In this document: positions 23,485 to 36,462 of the stretch, one piece after another
Layout of the letters: every line of letters begins with the position of its first letter
How positions within the stretch are numbered: position 1 is the first letter of the stretch
DNA from: Geosiphon pyriformis uo1
Taxonomy: Eukaryota > Fungi > Glomeromycota
Direction of reading: 5' to 3'
DNA length: 64,000 bases
Assembly: GCA_016748015.1 (NCBI GenBank)
Contig: JAAOMT010000648.1
Location: 186,001-250,000, forward strand
Notes under the pieces: model-generated
Databases searched by the model: none
Seen by the model: the letters and a program-made list of their open reading frames with translations, nothing else
Told to the model about the DNA's origin: nothing
Program-made: the position numbers and the translations under genes

Positions 23485-24845
23485 TTAAATTTTGTCAGTA
23501 TATTTGCTAGATAAAGCTAATGCTGCTTTTGACGCGTTTTTTCGCCCCAATTTTTCCGATATAAAATTTCCCACCGACACCAATTCTTTGAGATTAATAC
23601 CAGTCTCGTATTCCATTCCGTCGAGCATATACACGAGGTCTTCAGTGGCAACATTACCAGTTGCTCCTTTAGCAAAAGGACAGCCGCCTAAAAAGACGTA
23701 ATTAAAGATATTTTCTGGTTTGAATTTCAAATTACTGAAGATTTAAATTCACCTAGACCCGAAACTGAGCTGTCGAAAACTCTGACTCCCAATTCTAGAG
23801 CACAATGGATATTTGCAAGAGCCTGGCCATATGTATCATGGCAATGGAGAGCTAACTTATCTACAGGAACAACTCTGCGAACTGCTGCAATCATTTTCGC
23901 CATAGATCCTACCGATAGATCCATTAGATGATCACTAAATTCCGGCACAATGAGAATCGCACCTGTACAATAAAATACCTGGCGTCCCAACACCAATTGT
24001 ATCGCCTAACGAAATTTCATAGCAGCCCATCTTGTACATTTTTTCTGCTGTATGAGCAACCGCTTCGGGGGCTACTGGGCCTTCATATGGGCATCCAAGA
24101 ACACACGAGATGTATCCTCGGACCAAGATATTCTCCCCGGTTGCTCGGTCCATCACCAATCGAAAACGCTCCAAACTTTCGTCGATTGAGCAATTTATGT
24201 TTTTTTGACTGAAAGTTTCAGAAGCTGCACCAAAAATAGCCACCTCTTTTATTCCTGCAGTTATAGCATTTTCGAGTCCCCTAAGATTGGGCGTGAGAAC
24301 CGAGTAGCGAATGTGAGGAAGATTTATAATACGAGATAGCACTTGACTCGCGTCTGCCATCTCGTAGGCAAAACCCCGACAGGGTAAAGAATTAGGTGAA
24401 ATTTAATCAAAATACTAACCGACAACGCGAATGTAAAGCATACCTGTGGTACCCATTTTGGAGAAACAAAACTTGTAGCTTCAATCGCTCTTAAACCCGT
24501 TTTTGCAAGTCTATTTATTAATTGAACTTTAATGTCGGTTGACACTAATTGTTTCTCATTTTGCAGGCCGTCTCGTGGGCCTACTTCCACCACTTTTACT
24601 TGTTTTGGCCCCCAGGTCTAATGGCGAGTACTAAGATTTGAAAATACGTACGAAGAAAGAGTGAGGTGGAAGACTTCAAGAAACATTGGAGTCTGATATT
24701 TCACCTGCAGAGACCTCTGTATCGCTGGAAAATCAACACACTTTCGTCCATAATTGGATGAACTCGACAATTTTTTCTTTCCTGTTATGTAGGTCCAATT
24801 AGTTATAATAGCCAGAGAAGATTTGAAAGCGAGGTTGACTTGCAT
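23485..24845 (-). CDS. HMGCL: Mitochondrial hydroxymethylglutaryl-CoA lyase (multi-exon)
   Basis: [58 protein letters not shown] and [20 protein letters not shown]. The start at 24845 is inferred from the splice phase. Confidence 0.92.
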
Positions 24846-25524
24846 TTTTGATCTAATTATACAATTGAATCCTTTAACAAGACTAAATACGTGAAAGATT
24901 TTCAGGTACACTTAACCAATATATTTAATTTAATTTTTTTTTGTAGTTAAAAATATTATTTTATTGCTTTTTGCTAAAAGATCATGTTTTTAAATAATAA
25001 TTTTTTATTGGCAATATTAAATAATTAAGCATTAAAAATAAATAATTTTATAACAGCTTAGTAGATATTGAGTTTTTTGTTTCTTTGTAAAAATAACATG
25101 CTGTGATTAAAAATAAAATTGTAAATATAACATATTATATTCATTGTATTAATTGCTGTTGTATCATGTTATATTTAATTATAAAATATTATATTAATCA
25201 TTTTAAATAAGTAATTAAATGTGTTTTTACAAATAGTTTTTTTATATTTTATATTTTATTTATTTGTAGTAAACTTTTTCTTTTTATATTTAGTGTTTAA
25301 TGTTAATATTCTAAAATAAACTTTTACAATCTTTAAACATTATTTATTTAGTTTTAAATATTTAATACTAATTTAATCACTTAATAAATTTTTTTTTAGT
25401 TTGATTAGTTATGTAATTATGGTTTAATTTGTTTAAATTATTGATTTAATATAATATACAATAATAATAACAATACAAAAAAAATCAATTATTATTTTTG
25501 TTATTATAATTAAAAAAACAACAA

Positions 25525-25894
25525 CAAAAAAGTTCTTTTTTTTATTCATTCTATATTCTTTAAAGAGTTAAATTTTGAAAAAAAGTTTTTTAGTTTTATT
25601 ATTTTTCTATTGTTTTACTTATAATTTTACAAAAAAACAATTTTTTTATAATAAATCTGGTGATTATTTCTTATAGTATTATGTTAAAAAAGAAAACAAT
25701 TAAAAAAACACTCTATAATTTAGTAAGCAATTTTTTTTCTTAAAAGAAAAAGGTCGTAGTAAATAATATATAACACTCAAATAATGAAAAAAAAATTTTT
25801 GAATTAATTTTTGTTCAGTTTTAATATGTTTTTAAATATAAATAAGTTTAATAATAAAATTAGTATTTTTTAACAGATAACAGTTTTAAATCTG

Positions 25895-25933
<39 letters not shown>

Positions 25934-26600
25934 TTTTTAAATTAAATATAGATACTTTTAAAATAAAAAAAACCAAATATTAATATAATAAGTTACTTTT
26001 TTTTAAATTTATTTAGTTTTAATATAAATAAAAACACAAAATTTCTTTTTTTTTTTCCTTTTTTAAACTTAGTATAGATATAATTGTTAAAAATTTTTTA
26101 TTTTAAATATAAATCTCTTAACTATTAAAAAAAATTATTTTAGAATAAATTAAAATTAGTTAAAAAATTTTTTTTATGTGTAAATAATTTTAAAAAAGCA
26201 TTTATCTTCTTAAAATTCAGTAAAATTATTTAAGCTATCTTTATAGTAAAGAAAACTATACAGAAAATATTAAATTTAAAAAGTTTAAAGCAAAACAAAC
26301 CAATTACACAATTAATTATTTTTAATTGACAATATATAATATAAATTAATAAAATTAGTTTTAATTTTCACATAATAAATTTTGATTAACAAAATTAATT
26401 TATTAATTTATATTAATAACATATAAAAATAAGCAAAAAAATATTTAATTTTATTACTACAAATTGGTTAAAAAACTCATTAATTGTTTTTTTTATAAAG
26501 CTAAAACTATTTTGACTTTTTTATATATTATTATTTTATTATTAAATGATAATTATTAATTGTTTTTATTATTTTTTAAAAACAAGTTTACTAACAATTT
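25525..26600 (+). mobile_element. Degraded LINE 5' fragment (ORF1 relic) containing an (AAT)n microsatellite at about 25896-25931
   Basis: ATG TTA AAA AAG AAA ACA ATT... at 25681 parallels the ORF1 start at about 26720; AAAAAAGTTC 5' motif at about 25526. Confidence 0.5.
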
Positions 26601-29600
26601 TATTGAAATTTTTTTTTTTTATATTTAAAATTTTTCAAAAAAGCATATTTTTAAAAAAGATTTTTTTTTGTTTTTCTTATTGTTTTTTTTTAATATTTTT
26701 TAACCTAATAATTTTTTTGTTATAGACTTAGAAATTGTTTTAAATAGTAGTATATTTAAGAAAAAAGCACCCAAAAAAACTTTTTGTAATCTTGCTAGTG
26801 ACTTTTTTTTTTTAAAAAAAAGAATAATTTTCAATTATATTAAATATTTTAATAACAAAAAAGATGTTTTTTTGATCAAATTTAATTCTAATAGTAGTAT
26901 ACATTTAGATATAAATAATAAAGTTTAATAATAATAAAGACAATAATATTATAATTGGTATTGATAATAGGTTTCTTTTAAGTTTGGTTTCTGTTATTTC
27001 TAAACTCAAAAGAGTAAACATTAGTGTAAATTATGGCTTTTTTCTTGGTTCTCTTAATTTTAAAATAAAAAATATTGGACTTCTTCTATTTTTTCTTAAT
27101 ATTTCTTTAAACAGAAAATAAATTAATTCCAAAATTTTTAAAACTCAGATAGAAGTAGCAGTTAAAAAAATTTTTATATTAGATATTAATTTTTTAACAG
27201 TAAAAAACAAATTAGCAACTGCAAAAACTCAAAAAATTAGAAAATTTTTTTCAATAGTCAATGGTTTTGAAGAAATTGCTACTTCTTTATAATTTAAAAA
27301 AATTATTAAATTTACATTTATATTAAAAAAACATAAAAAAAACTGTATTATTGGCTATTAAAAAAGATATTAAAATAAACAATAATCTCAAAAAACAAAA
27401 ATTTTATTTAAATTGAACTGTATTAATCAAGAAAATTCTTATGAATACACTAAAAAATATAATTACTACTATAGTAGTTGAATATAATCAAATAGTGTTA
27501 ATTTAATTATAATTTATTGGATTGTAACAAAAAATTGTAATAAAATTTGCTAAATTAAGTTAAACTAATCAGTTGACATCTAAATAATCATTTTTAATTG
27601 GAAAAAATTTAGTGTATATAACCAAGGCTGTAAAAAATTACAATATTTAAATGTTTAAAAATCATTTAAAGTGCTTTTATTTACTTTACTTGTAAAAATA
27701 ATAATTTATGATCTTGGTGTTTTGTTAAAAAAAACTAATAAGAAAACTTATATAATTAATAGTTTATTTAAAACAGATAATAAGATTAATTGTGCTGTAA
27801 TTAATTTCAAATCAAAAAAAAATTTGGAGTCTGTTTTTTGTACAAAACCAATTTTAAATAGTATAAAACTTTTTTAGACCAGATTAAACTTAGTTTAATG
27901 TGAAAAATCTGAACATTTTAAATATTCTGTCTTAAAGTATAATGTTTCTAATATATTTATCACTCTGTTTTTAAAGACATATAAAAAGTTTGTCTTAAAT
28001 AAAATTTATCTTTAGCTAATTAAATTATATGCCAAAAAAAGTATTTTTATTTTATATTTTGCTGTTTTTAGTAATAAGTCTTAAACTTAAGTAGTTACAC
28101 TAATTTCTATTTTTAATAATTTTTACTCTAGTTTAACTTTGGTTTTTTTTTTGGTGCTTTGTATTTTGATAAAATTTTTTATTTTCTGTAAGATGTTTTA
28201 TTTATTAATATTTGTTTGGTTTCTTTAGAACATTTTTTAAAGTTATTGGCTAACTAAGTATCTAATATTATATGCAGATTAAATAATATAAATTTGGTGT
28301 CTCTGGTTTTTGTTTTTTATTCTTATACTTTAACTGATTCAATAGTTTTAAATCTAAGTTTAAATATAAATATAGTTTTAAATAGCTTATTAGTATAGTT
28401 TTTTTCTTTTCTATTAATAACAACTAAAATTTTAAATCTGAATTCAAGTAGTTCTAAAGTTTTAACTATAAAAGTGAGTAAACTAGAATTAAAAATAATT
28501 GTTTTTAAAGTTTTTATTATTTTAGTTTTGGCAAAATTAGATCAATTATGTATTAGTATAAATTTTTTAATAATTTATTTATCTCAATAATTGATTATAT
28601 TTGGAAATTTGCAATATGTAATGTTTATAAAATAAACAATTTGGTTAAATTAAAAGATATTATCAGATAAAATAAAAATTTTTACAATTTGGTTTTTATA
28701 TTTATTAAAACAAAGTTGAAAAGACAAATTAAATTTTGAATTAAAAATAAGTTTCTTAATTTAAAAGTTTTTGTTTTTGGTTTAAATTTTGATTACTTGG
28801 ATACAGAGGTGGTAATAATAATGAATAATACTTTTATTTAACATATATATAAGATTTCTAAGATTTTGATATCTTTTTTCAATTCAGTTATTGTTTAACA
28901 ATAAGTTTTTAGTAATAATTTTGGGTCTGTATATTGGAGCTTTAGCTAATATACAGTTCAATTAAGCCTATAAGATAAACTTTTATATTGCTAAAGCAAT
29001 TAATTCAAGTTTTTATGTAATAATAAAAGATAACTTCAATGAAAATAAGATAAGATAAAATACAAGTTTCAAGAAATGCTTTAATTTTGGTTTGCACAAT
29101 TCTCTTTTAAGTAATTTTACTATTAAGTTTTCAACATAAAACAATTTTAAAAATGTAAAAAAGATTATAAATTATATTTTTGTTAATAAATATTTTTTGA
29201 TAACTATAATTAAATAAAGAGTTAATAGTGTATCTGATTTTTTTTGATATTAGCTATTTGGCTGTTAAGGTTTTTTTTGGCTTAAACAATTTTTTAAACA
29301 AATATTTAAATACAATTTGAAAGCATGTTAATAAAAATTGATAAAAGTTTAACATTAAAAATATAAATAATTTAAAATAAATTCAATTTAGAAAGTATTT
29401 AATAATAAAAATATTTTTGGTGCTAAATAATTTTTAAAATGCAAAAAAACGGAATAATTTAAATATAATATGAAATTTTTTGAAAAAAGTAATAGTTAAA
29501 TTGGCAGATAAAAATTTTCATAAAATTTAGTTTAAAAAAAAAATTTTAAGAATAAACAGTCTTTTAGATTTTGCAGATTAGAGATTTTGGTTTTTAAAGT

Positions 29601-31325
29601 TGTCAAAATTTTTTTTCTGAAGATGTTGTTAATTTTGATTAACTTATACAAGTTTAAATAAATTAGATATTAGTAAATTTTCTAAGGTGTTTTCTCTGGT
29701 CAAAAATAAGATAAAAAATAAAAAAATCCTCTTTTATTTGTTTAAGATTAAAAAAAAATATTGAGCTTTTAAGTATTGGAAATTTAAAGCTATAAAAATA
29801 AACACAGTTAAAAATACAATTGATAAAAAAATAAAGAATTTTTGTATAAACAAAGATTGTATAATTAAAAGTGTTCTGAATAAATTTTTTCAAAAAATGG
29901 TTTTAAACTATTTAGTAATTGGTAAAAAATTAATTTTGAAGTTTAAAATAATAAGATATAAAGTAAATATAATCATAAAAAATTAGACTAGAAAAAAACA
30001 GATGTTTAAGATAATGCTAATTCTTTGGTTTTAACAATATATGTTGTTGGATTATGTAAAAGATAAAATATTTTTTAAGATTATAGAGCATATTAACATA
30101 GAAGAATTAATTCAAATTATTGAAAATTTGTTCAATAGTAAGATTATTAACTTATTAAGTATTTTTAATAAACTGTAAAAGCATTATAGTGCTAAGATTA
30201 TAAGTTGTCTCTTAGTTATGTTAAATTATTACTTAAAAATTAGTATAATTTCTATTTTATAGAAAAAAACTTAGATTTTTATGATTCTAAAGTCTTATGA
30301 TTAGAATGATATGTTAACTAATACTAAACCAATAATATTAATAAAAACAACCAGAAAGATTTTATCAAAAATCTTGTTAAACTGAATTTTTTTTGTGTAT
30401 AACAAATTTGGTATTTTTCGTGAAAACAAATTTTTTAGTACTAAAGAACATATTAACTTAATTTTTTATATTTGCTGTTGGTTTAATTGTTAAAAACACT
30501 TTAGAAAAGAATAGAAAATCATGGTTGGTTTTACAGAACATGTGCAAAGCATACAATTTAGTTAATTAGTACTATTTAAGAACTAGCTTAAGATGTATTA
30601 AAATATGTAAATAATTTATTAGTTTTTTTAACAACATATATTAAGACAGAATTAACAGAGTAATAACAGATTTCGGGTTTTTAAAAGACTATTATGTATA
30701 TAATAAATTGGATCAAAGTGAAGTTTTTTTTGGAAAATATTTTATAATCTTCTTTTATATATAGTTAAAAGTTATAAACATTTGTGTGAATACCAAGTAA
30801 ATACAAAATTTGTAGTTAAAACTTGCAAAATAAAAAACACAAAAGAAAAAACATTATTTTTTATAGCTTGAACTTTTGTTGATAACATTATTTAAGTATA
30901 AAACAGTTAGATTTCTACTTAATATATTTTGAATATTGCCAATAAGTTTTTTAGAATTAATAATATTTCAATAAATATAATAAAACAGTAATTATTCCTA
31001 TTAGTCAAAAGATAAAAAATGTGTCATTAAAAATTAGTAAAAGTTTTATATTAATTGCAAATATGGTTTTGAGAAAAGCAATTTCAAATAAGCAGTTTTG
31101 TTATTTGGTTTTAATTGTTTGATATTTTATAGTTAGTTATTACAGTGAACTTTTTTTATAATCACACTTTTTGGTCAGCACATTTATGGTGACTATAGAG
31201 AGATGGGACTATAAAAAATAATTAATATTTTATTACATGATCTATATATTACATGCATAATATAATAACCAATTATATATATTTTATTTAAAAAAGCTAT
31301 CTATTTGCAACTGTTTTTTCTCTTC

Positions 31326-32843
31326 TTAAACTTTGAGAACAGTATTATGAATTAATGTTCTCAAAGTTTTTAAAAAGTTTGAATCAACTTTTTCACTATA
31401 TTGCTCTTCACAATAGCACAATGTATCTTCAAGTGCAATTTTACTTTGATATATAGATAGCAAAGACAAAAGTTCATTTTCATTTTCACTTTCTAAATCT
31501 TTATTTGCATTAGAATTTCCACTATACTTATTGTTAATAAGATTCACAATTTCATCCTCTAAAGCATAAGTGAGTAATAGTTCAAACTTGTCAATATTAA
31601 TGAAATCTATTGTTAATAGCTTGTCAATATTAATATGCTCAATAAGAACTTGTATTTTTTGTAGGAGTTCTTGTTCAATATCTAATGGATGGGCTGGCAT
31701 TTGACTATTTTTCAGAATTCCCATATGATGCCAACAGTTTTGGATTGTAGTTGTTGTTACTACTGACTATGCATTAATTAGAAAGTCAACTACATCCTTT
31801 AATGTTACTGTTAATATTGAAATCTTGTCATTATATTGATTAATAAGATGAAAAAGAAACAACTTTCAGTATTGTGTCTTAAAAGATGCAATAATTCCTG
31901 TATTTAATGGTTACAAATAAAATTTTATATTAGATAATAGGTATCTAATTATAATATTAAATAATACAGAAGGTTTTCTATCATAGTAACCAGTATTATC
32001 AAGTAATAGCAAAATCTTTTTTTTCTTGTGATGCATTTCTTCATTTAATAAATTAAGCCATTCACTAAAAATATTGGTTTGCATCTATGCTTTTGTATTG
32101 TAACAATAAGTGATTGGAAGTGTATTCATATTAATATTGCAAAAACATCGTGGCTTTGCAGCTTTGCCAATAATTAAAGACTACAACTTGATGATGCTTG
32201 TTGCATTACAAGCAAGAAGTATGGTAATTCAACTCTTATCACACTTGGTGCCAGAGGTAGATCTTGTTGCCAAAGTTGCATTTGGTGGTATTCTAAAGAA
32301 TAATGCTGTCTTATCGGCATTGTAAACATTATTTAGATTATATTCACTGATAATCTCATGCAGTTTTTCTCGTTCCTCTGGTAAAATTTCCAAGGGGGCA
32401 CTATTTGCTTTGCCATGCATCTTAATGTGGTACAAATTATGATGTTTCTTAAACTTTTCTAACCAACCATCTGATGCTTTAAAGTTATTTTCTTTCAGAA
32501 ACTTTTCAACAAACTTGAGGGTTTTCATTTGTAAAATTTTTCCAGTAAAAATGCAGTTGGTAGCTAGTGCTCTAAGCATCCATTTTTTCAGTGCATTATT
32601 TATCTTTGAAAACATCTTTTTCCTGTCCTTTGTCAATTAACCAGAGTTGCCAAATACATTTTTTTCAATCCATTAGTCTGATTTCACAAGTATCTTTGTT
32701 ACAGTAGAGCAGTCAATATTTAGATTAAATATTTTGATAAGTTTATTTGCTGAATAGTCAGAATGCTCTAGTTTGTACTGGCAGAGAGCCTTTTTAGTTT
32801 CCAAGGAGATTGCTGCTCACTTTTGGTTCGCATTTTTTGGCAT
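31326..32843 (-). pseudogene. pogo transposase (CENP-B-type HTH + DDE_1), about 505 codons, several nonsense mutations, no net frameshift
   Basis: MPKNANQK*AAISLETKKALC..., FKASDGWLEKFKKHH, YNADKTALFF, KILLLLDN and *PLNTGIIASFK. The ATG at 32843 and the ORFs 32229..32636 and 31326..31724 share one frame. Confidence 0.9.
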
Positions 32844-33066
32844 GTTAATAAGAACACACTTTTTATTGCATTTTGCTTTTATAACATGTTGATATATCTG
32901 TTATGTCTCAAACATTATTTTGCCTTATATCTAATTGGACATGTGAGGTGTCTCATGTCATATAAGGTGTCTCAGATTATAAAAAGCAGCCAAATTATAA
33001 AAATAAAAGTTTTAATTCAACTGTAGGATTCTAAGTGCAAATAACAGATTCTTGGTAAAAAGAAAC

Positions 33067-33220
33067 CTAATTTTGATAATGCATCTGTGACACTTTTTGC
33101 CTCTTATCCCTAACTGATGATCAATAATGAAGACTGTCAATTTAATCCTCTGCATACTTACATAATCATGTAGAAGATAGCACAATGTCATGTTGTCAAG
33201 TCCTCTAAATACAGCAACAC
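33067..33220 (-). pseudogene. Captured single exon of a TilS/PP-loop ATPase gene, with flanking intron ends
   Basis: GVAVFRGLDNMTLCYLL...FIIDHQL...EAKSVTDALSKLG corresponds to GVAVSGGPDSMALCYLL...VDHQL after C>T/G>A changes. Flanked by a ...gatatag acceptor and a G|gtttct donor. Confidence 0.7.
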
Positions 33221-33289
33221 CTATATCAATTGAAATATTGATATAAAATACTTTGCACAATGTCAGAAATATCGGAATGAAAGTCAACT

Positions 33290-34210
33290 ACAGTTTTTTA
33301 AAAAATGTCTTGATCATCATAAGTCGTGGGATTTGATATGTAATATATATAGGCATGTAATGGCTTCCAAATTAATATGGCTATATGTTGTTTTTAAAGA
33401 AAATCTATCTGTTAAAGATTACTTAAAATGGGCCCAAAATGAAACAGATCTCATGTTCAGATTAAAGTATGAACAAGTTTTTTTTTATTTACAAACAATT
33501 ATTAACTTTTGCACTGGAGTTTGTTTCAATAAATCTTCATTAAGACTTGTGGCTAGACAAATGTTTGCACCAATTTGGTCTGCTCGGTGCCATTCTATTT
33601 ACCAATTAATTGAAATTGCTGATGAAGAACAATGGCTATGATTAAAGCCTAAAGTTTGTAAGCTAATTCAAGAAAAAATTGTAATTTCTTGATTTAAACT
33701 TTCAAATTAACATTAAGGCCATGATACAATACTTGAAGAAATTAACAAAATGCTTAAATTGTTAATTCCTTCTATACTTTTACAATGGCATTGGGAAATT
33801 GCAGCACATAACTGTATCAAATTTGAGAGATTGTGTACTAATCTCTTTAATGTTATTGGATATTCTAAAAGTAAAATATACAGGTTTTGTACATGTCTTA
33901 GCTTTATTACTGAATCAAATCAATTTCGAGTTTAGATAAAAAAGACACAGTTTGTAAATCCAAATGTCTCTAATCATGTTTTTTGTGATATTGACCATGA
34001 ATAGATATTAAGCAAAGAAATAAAAAAATTTAGTGAAATTGCACAGATGAAAAGAATAGACTTTCTTAAAGCAAGGTGAATTAAGAAAACATTGTTAAGT
34101 ACTTGGAAACCAATTTCAGTAACAAGTGAAGAAGCAGATTATCAAAAAATGTAAATCTGTTAATAAAATCACAACTATTATCTATTATTAACTCTCTAAT
34201 ACCTCTTTTA
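33290..34210 (+). pseudogene. Fragment of a second repeat-associated protein (DUF6589/KDZ-like transposase-related?) carried inside the pogo
   Basis: One stop-interrupted frame: CLDHHKSWDLIC...FAPIWSARCHSIYQLIE...GHDTILEEINK...HWEIAAHNC. The family assignment is from recalled motif similarity only. Confidence 0.45.
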
Positions 34211-36462
34211 AGTAATTATGTTTTTGAAGCTTATCAAGTTAATCATGTGACAGCCTAATAAATATCCTTCAAGAAATTAGAAATATATTGTATTGTGTAC
34301 AGTTTTGTTTACCTTGGGTTGGGTGCATTACCATTTATAATTGGCATTTTTAAAACATGATATGTTGAGTCTAGGTCCGAATCTCTATTCTGCATGATTA
34401 TGTTTAAATTATGAAAAGCTTTCAACATGGATTTATTTGCCCCAAAAAAGTTGATTTTTAATACATCTTTAAAACTATCAGTCAAACTTTTGTTTACTAA
34501 TACTAAATATTAGTTGAATGATGAATATAATTGCTAATATGGAGTTTTTTTTTAATCACAGATGCCAAAGTTGGTGTGAAAATGTATTTATTGAATATAT
34601 ATCAGAATCTTTATGCTCTGAGTTTTATTACTGATTACATTTTTCTTTCTAAGAAAAGGTAAATTCGAACTCTGTTCTCAGTTGATTTGCTCAAGCAATA
34701 TCCCATTAACAAACTTGTTTTTGGAGGATCCTATTGGGCCATTATTCTCGCTTATAGGTCTGTTAATTTTTTCTCTCAATATGGAGAAAAAGTAATTTCA
34801 TTAGCCAAAGTTTGATCCAGAGTAACTTTATCAATACCCACAGCAACAGTCTCCAAAGCACTACTAGTCTCTGAAGCACCACCAGTCTTTAAAGCACCAA
34901 GAGCAGCAGTACTGTACCATATGTCAACTATTATTAAAACTCTTATAATATCTGCAAACAACAAGTCAGATATAATAGTTTTATTATTGTCTTTTGATGG
35001 CAGTGGTGGCTTATAAAGAAGAAGAGTAATTGAATATTGTAATATTTCAGAAATTTTGTTTAGTGTTTTACAATTGTTTTCAGAAACTTCTTTAATTTTT
35101 TTTACTGCTATAAAAAAAATAATTTCCATTGATAAATTGGGAAATTTCCCTGATTGTACATGTCCGATTAAATATGAGATAATATCTAATGTTCATATCT
35201 AATATCATATGATTATAGTGTGACTATAAAGAGTGAAAATTACTTATATTCTGCTATCATATTTGTGGGGATAGGAACTATAAAAAGATATATATAGTAA
35301 AAGTGACTATAAAGAGATAATATTATATATAATTGGTTTTGGTTTTTAAAAAAATGTAATTATAAGAAGATAGTAACTATAACCAGAAGAATTATAGAGA
35401 AAGTTCATTGTATATGCAATTTAGTTTTGTTTTAATTAATGTTTATTGTAAGTCAGATGTTATAATTAAAAAGATATTAAAATTGAAAGCTAAATTGCTT
35501 AAGAACTTTTCCAATAAAGCTTTATACCATTTATTATTATATAACTTAAAATCATTTAAACAATTACAAACTAAAAAAAAAAATTATAGTTAGCCTTATT
35601 TAAGAATTTTAAAAGTGTTTTTGGCTGTTTTTTTGATTATTGTTTTTTGGATTTGCAAACTTTAGACTGAACTTCAACTAATTTTTTATAGTATTTAATT
35701 AAGTAAAAAGTTAGTTCTGTGAACAATTTTTTTGTTAAAGTAATAAAAGTGTTTTTGGATAATAAGTTTTTGTTAATAAACAATTTATTAAATATATTTT
35801 GTAATTTAGATAAATTTTTAATATTTAATATCTAAAAAAAAGCAGTTTATTTTAAAACAATGTGCTCTCTAAAATATTTTGGTGTTGTTTTTAACAACAA
35901 ATTTTTAGCAAACATTAAATGTTAATAACTTGAAAAACTTTTTGTTATTAGAAAAAACTAGGTCCTAAGAGTTCTGTTTTGTTTTAATTTAATATAATAT
36001 TCAGTTTTTTAGATGGATTGAAATTTGCTACTAGATATAAAATAGCTGTTTTTGGTTTTTTGTCACATAATATCTTAAATTTGGATAATTATGAATTAGT
36101 AAAAAATCTTCTATATAAAGTTTGGGCTAATACTTTTAAGATATATACTAATAATTTATTAAAAAATTTTGGTTTGTTAAAAGTAGTTAAAAGAGTAATT
36201 AAATGTAAATATTATTAAAATATTTGAAATTGTGTTTTTTATAATAATTGAGCTGTGAATTATTGCTTTTGTTTTGAAATAAATGTTTTCTTTTAGTATT
36301 GTGATCTTGTATCTAAACAACCAGGCAGCTATTAATACATATATTTTGAAACTCAGTTTGTTCAATTTAGACTTTTATAATTGGTGCTAAATAAAAAATA
36401 TTATATTGCTAATTTAATAGAAAACAAAAACATTTTAATAGTCTGAACAAAGATTAAGAGTT

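Larger units (their letters stand above)
31143..35410 (-). mobile_element. pogo/Tigger (Tc1-mariner superfamily) DNA transposon, 4268 bp, with cargo
   Basis: TA target duplications at 31141-31142 and 35411-35412. TIRs CAGTGAACTTTTTTTATAATC and (reverse complement) CAATGAACTTTCTCTATAATT. Subterminal GTGACTATARAGAG repeats at 31189, 35220 and 35303. Confidence 0.9.
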
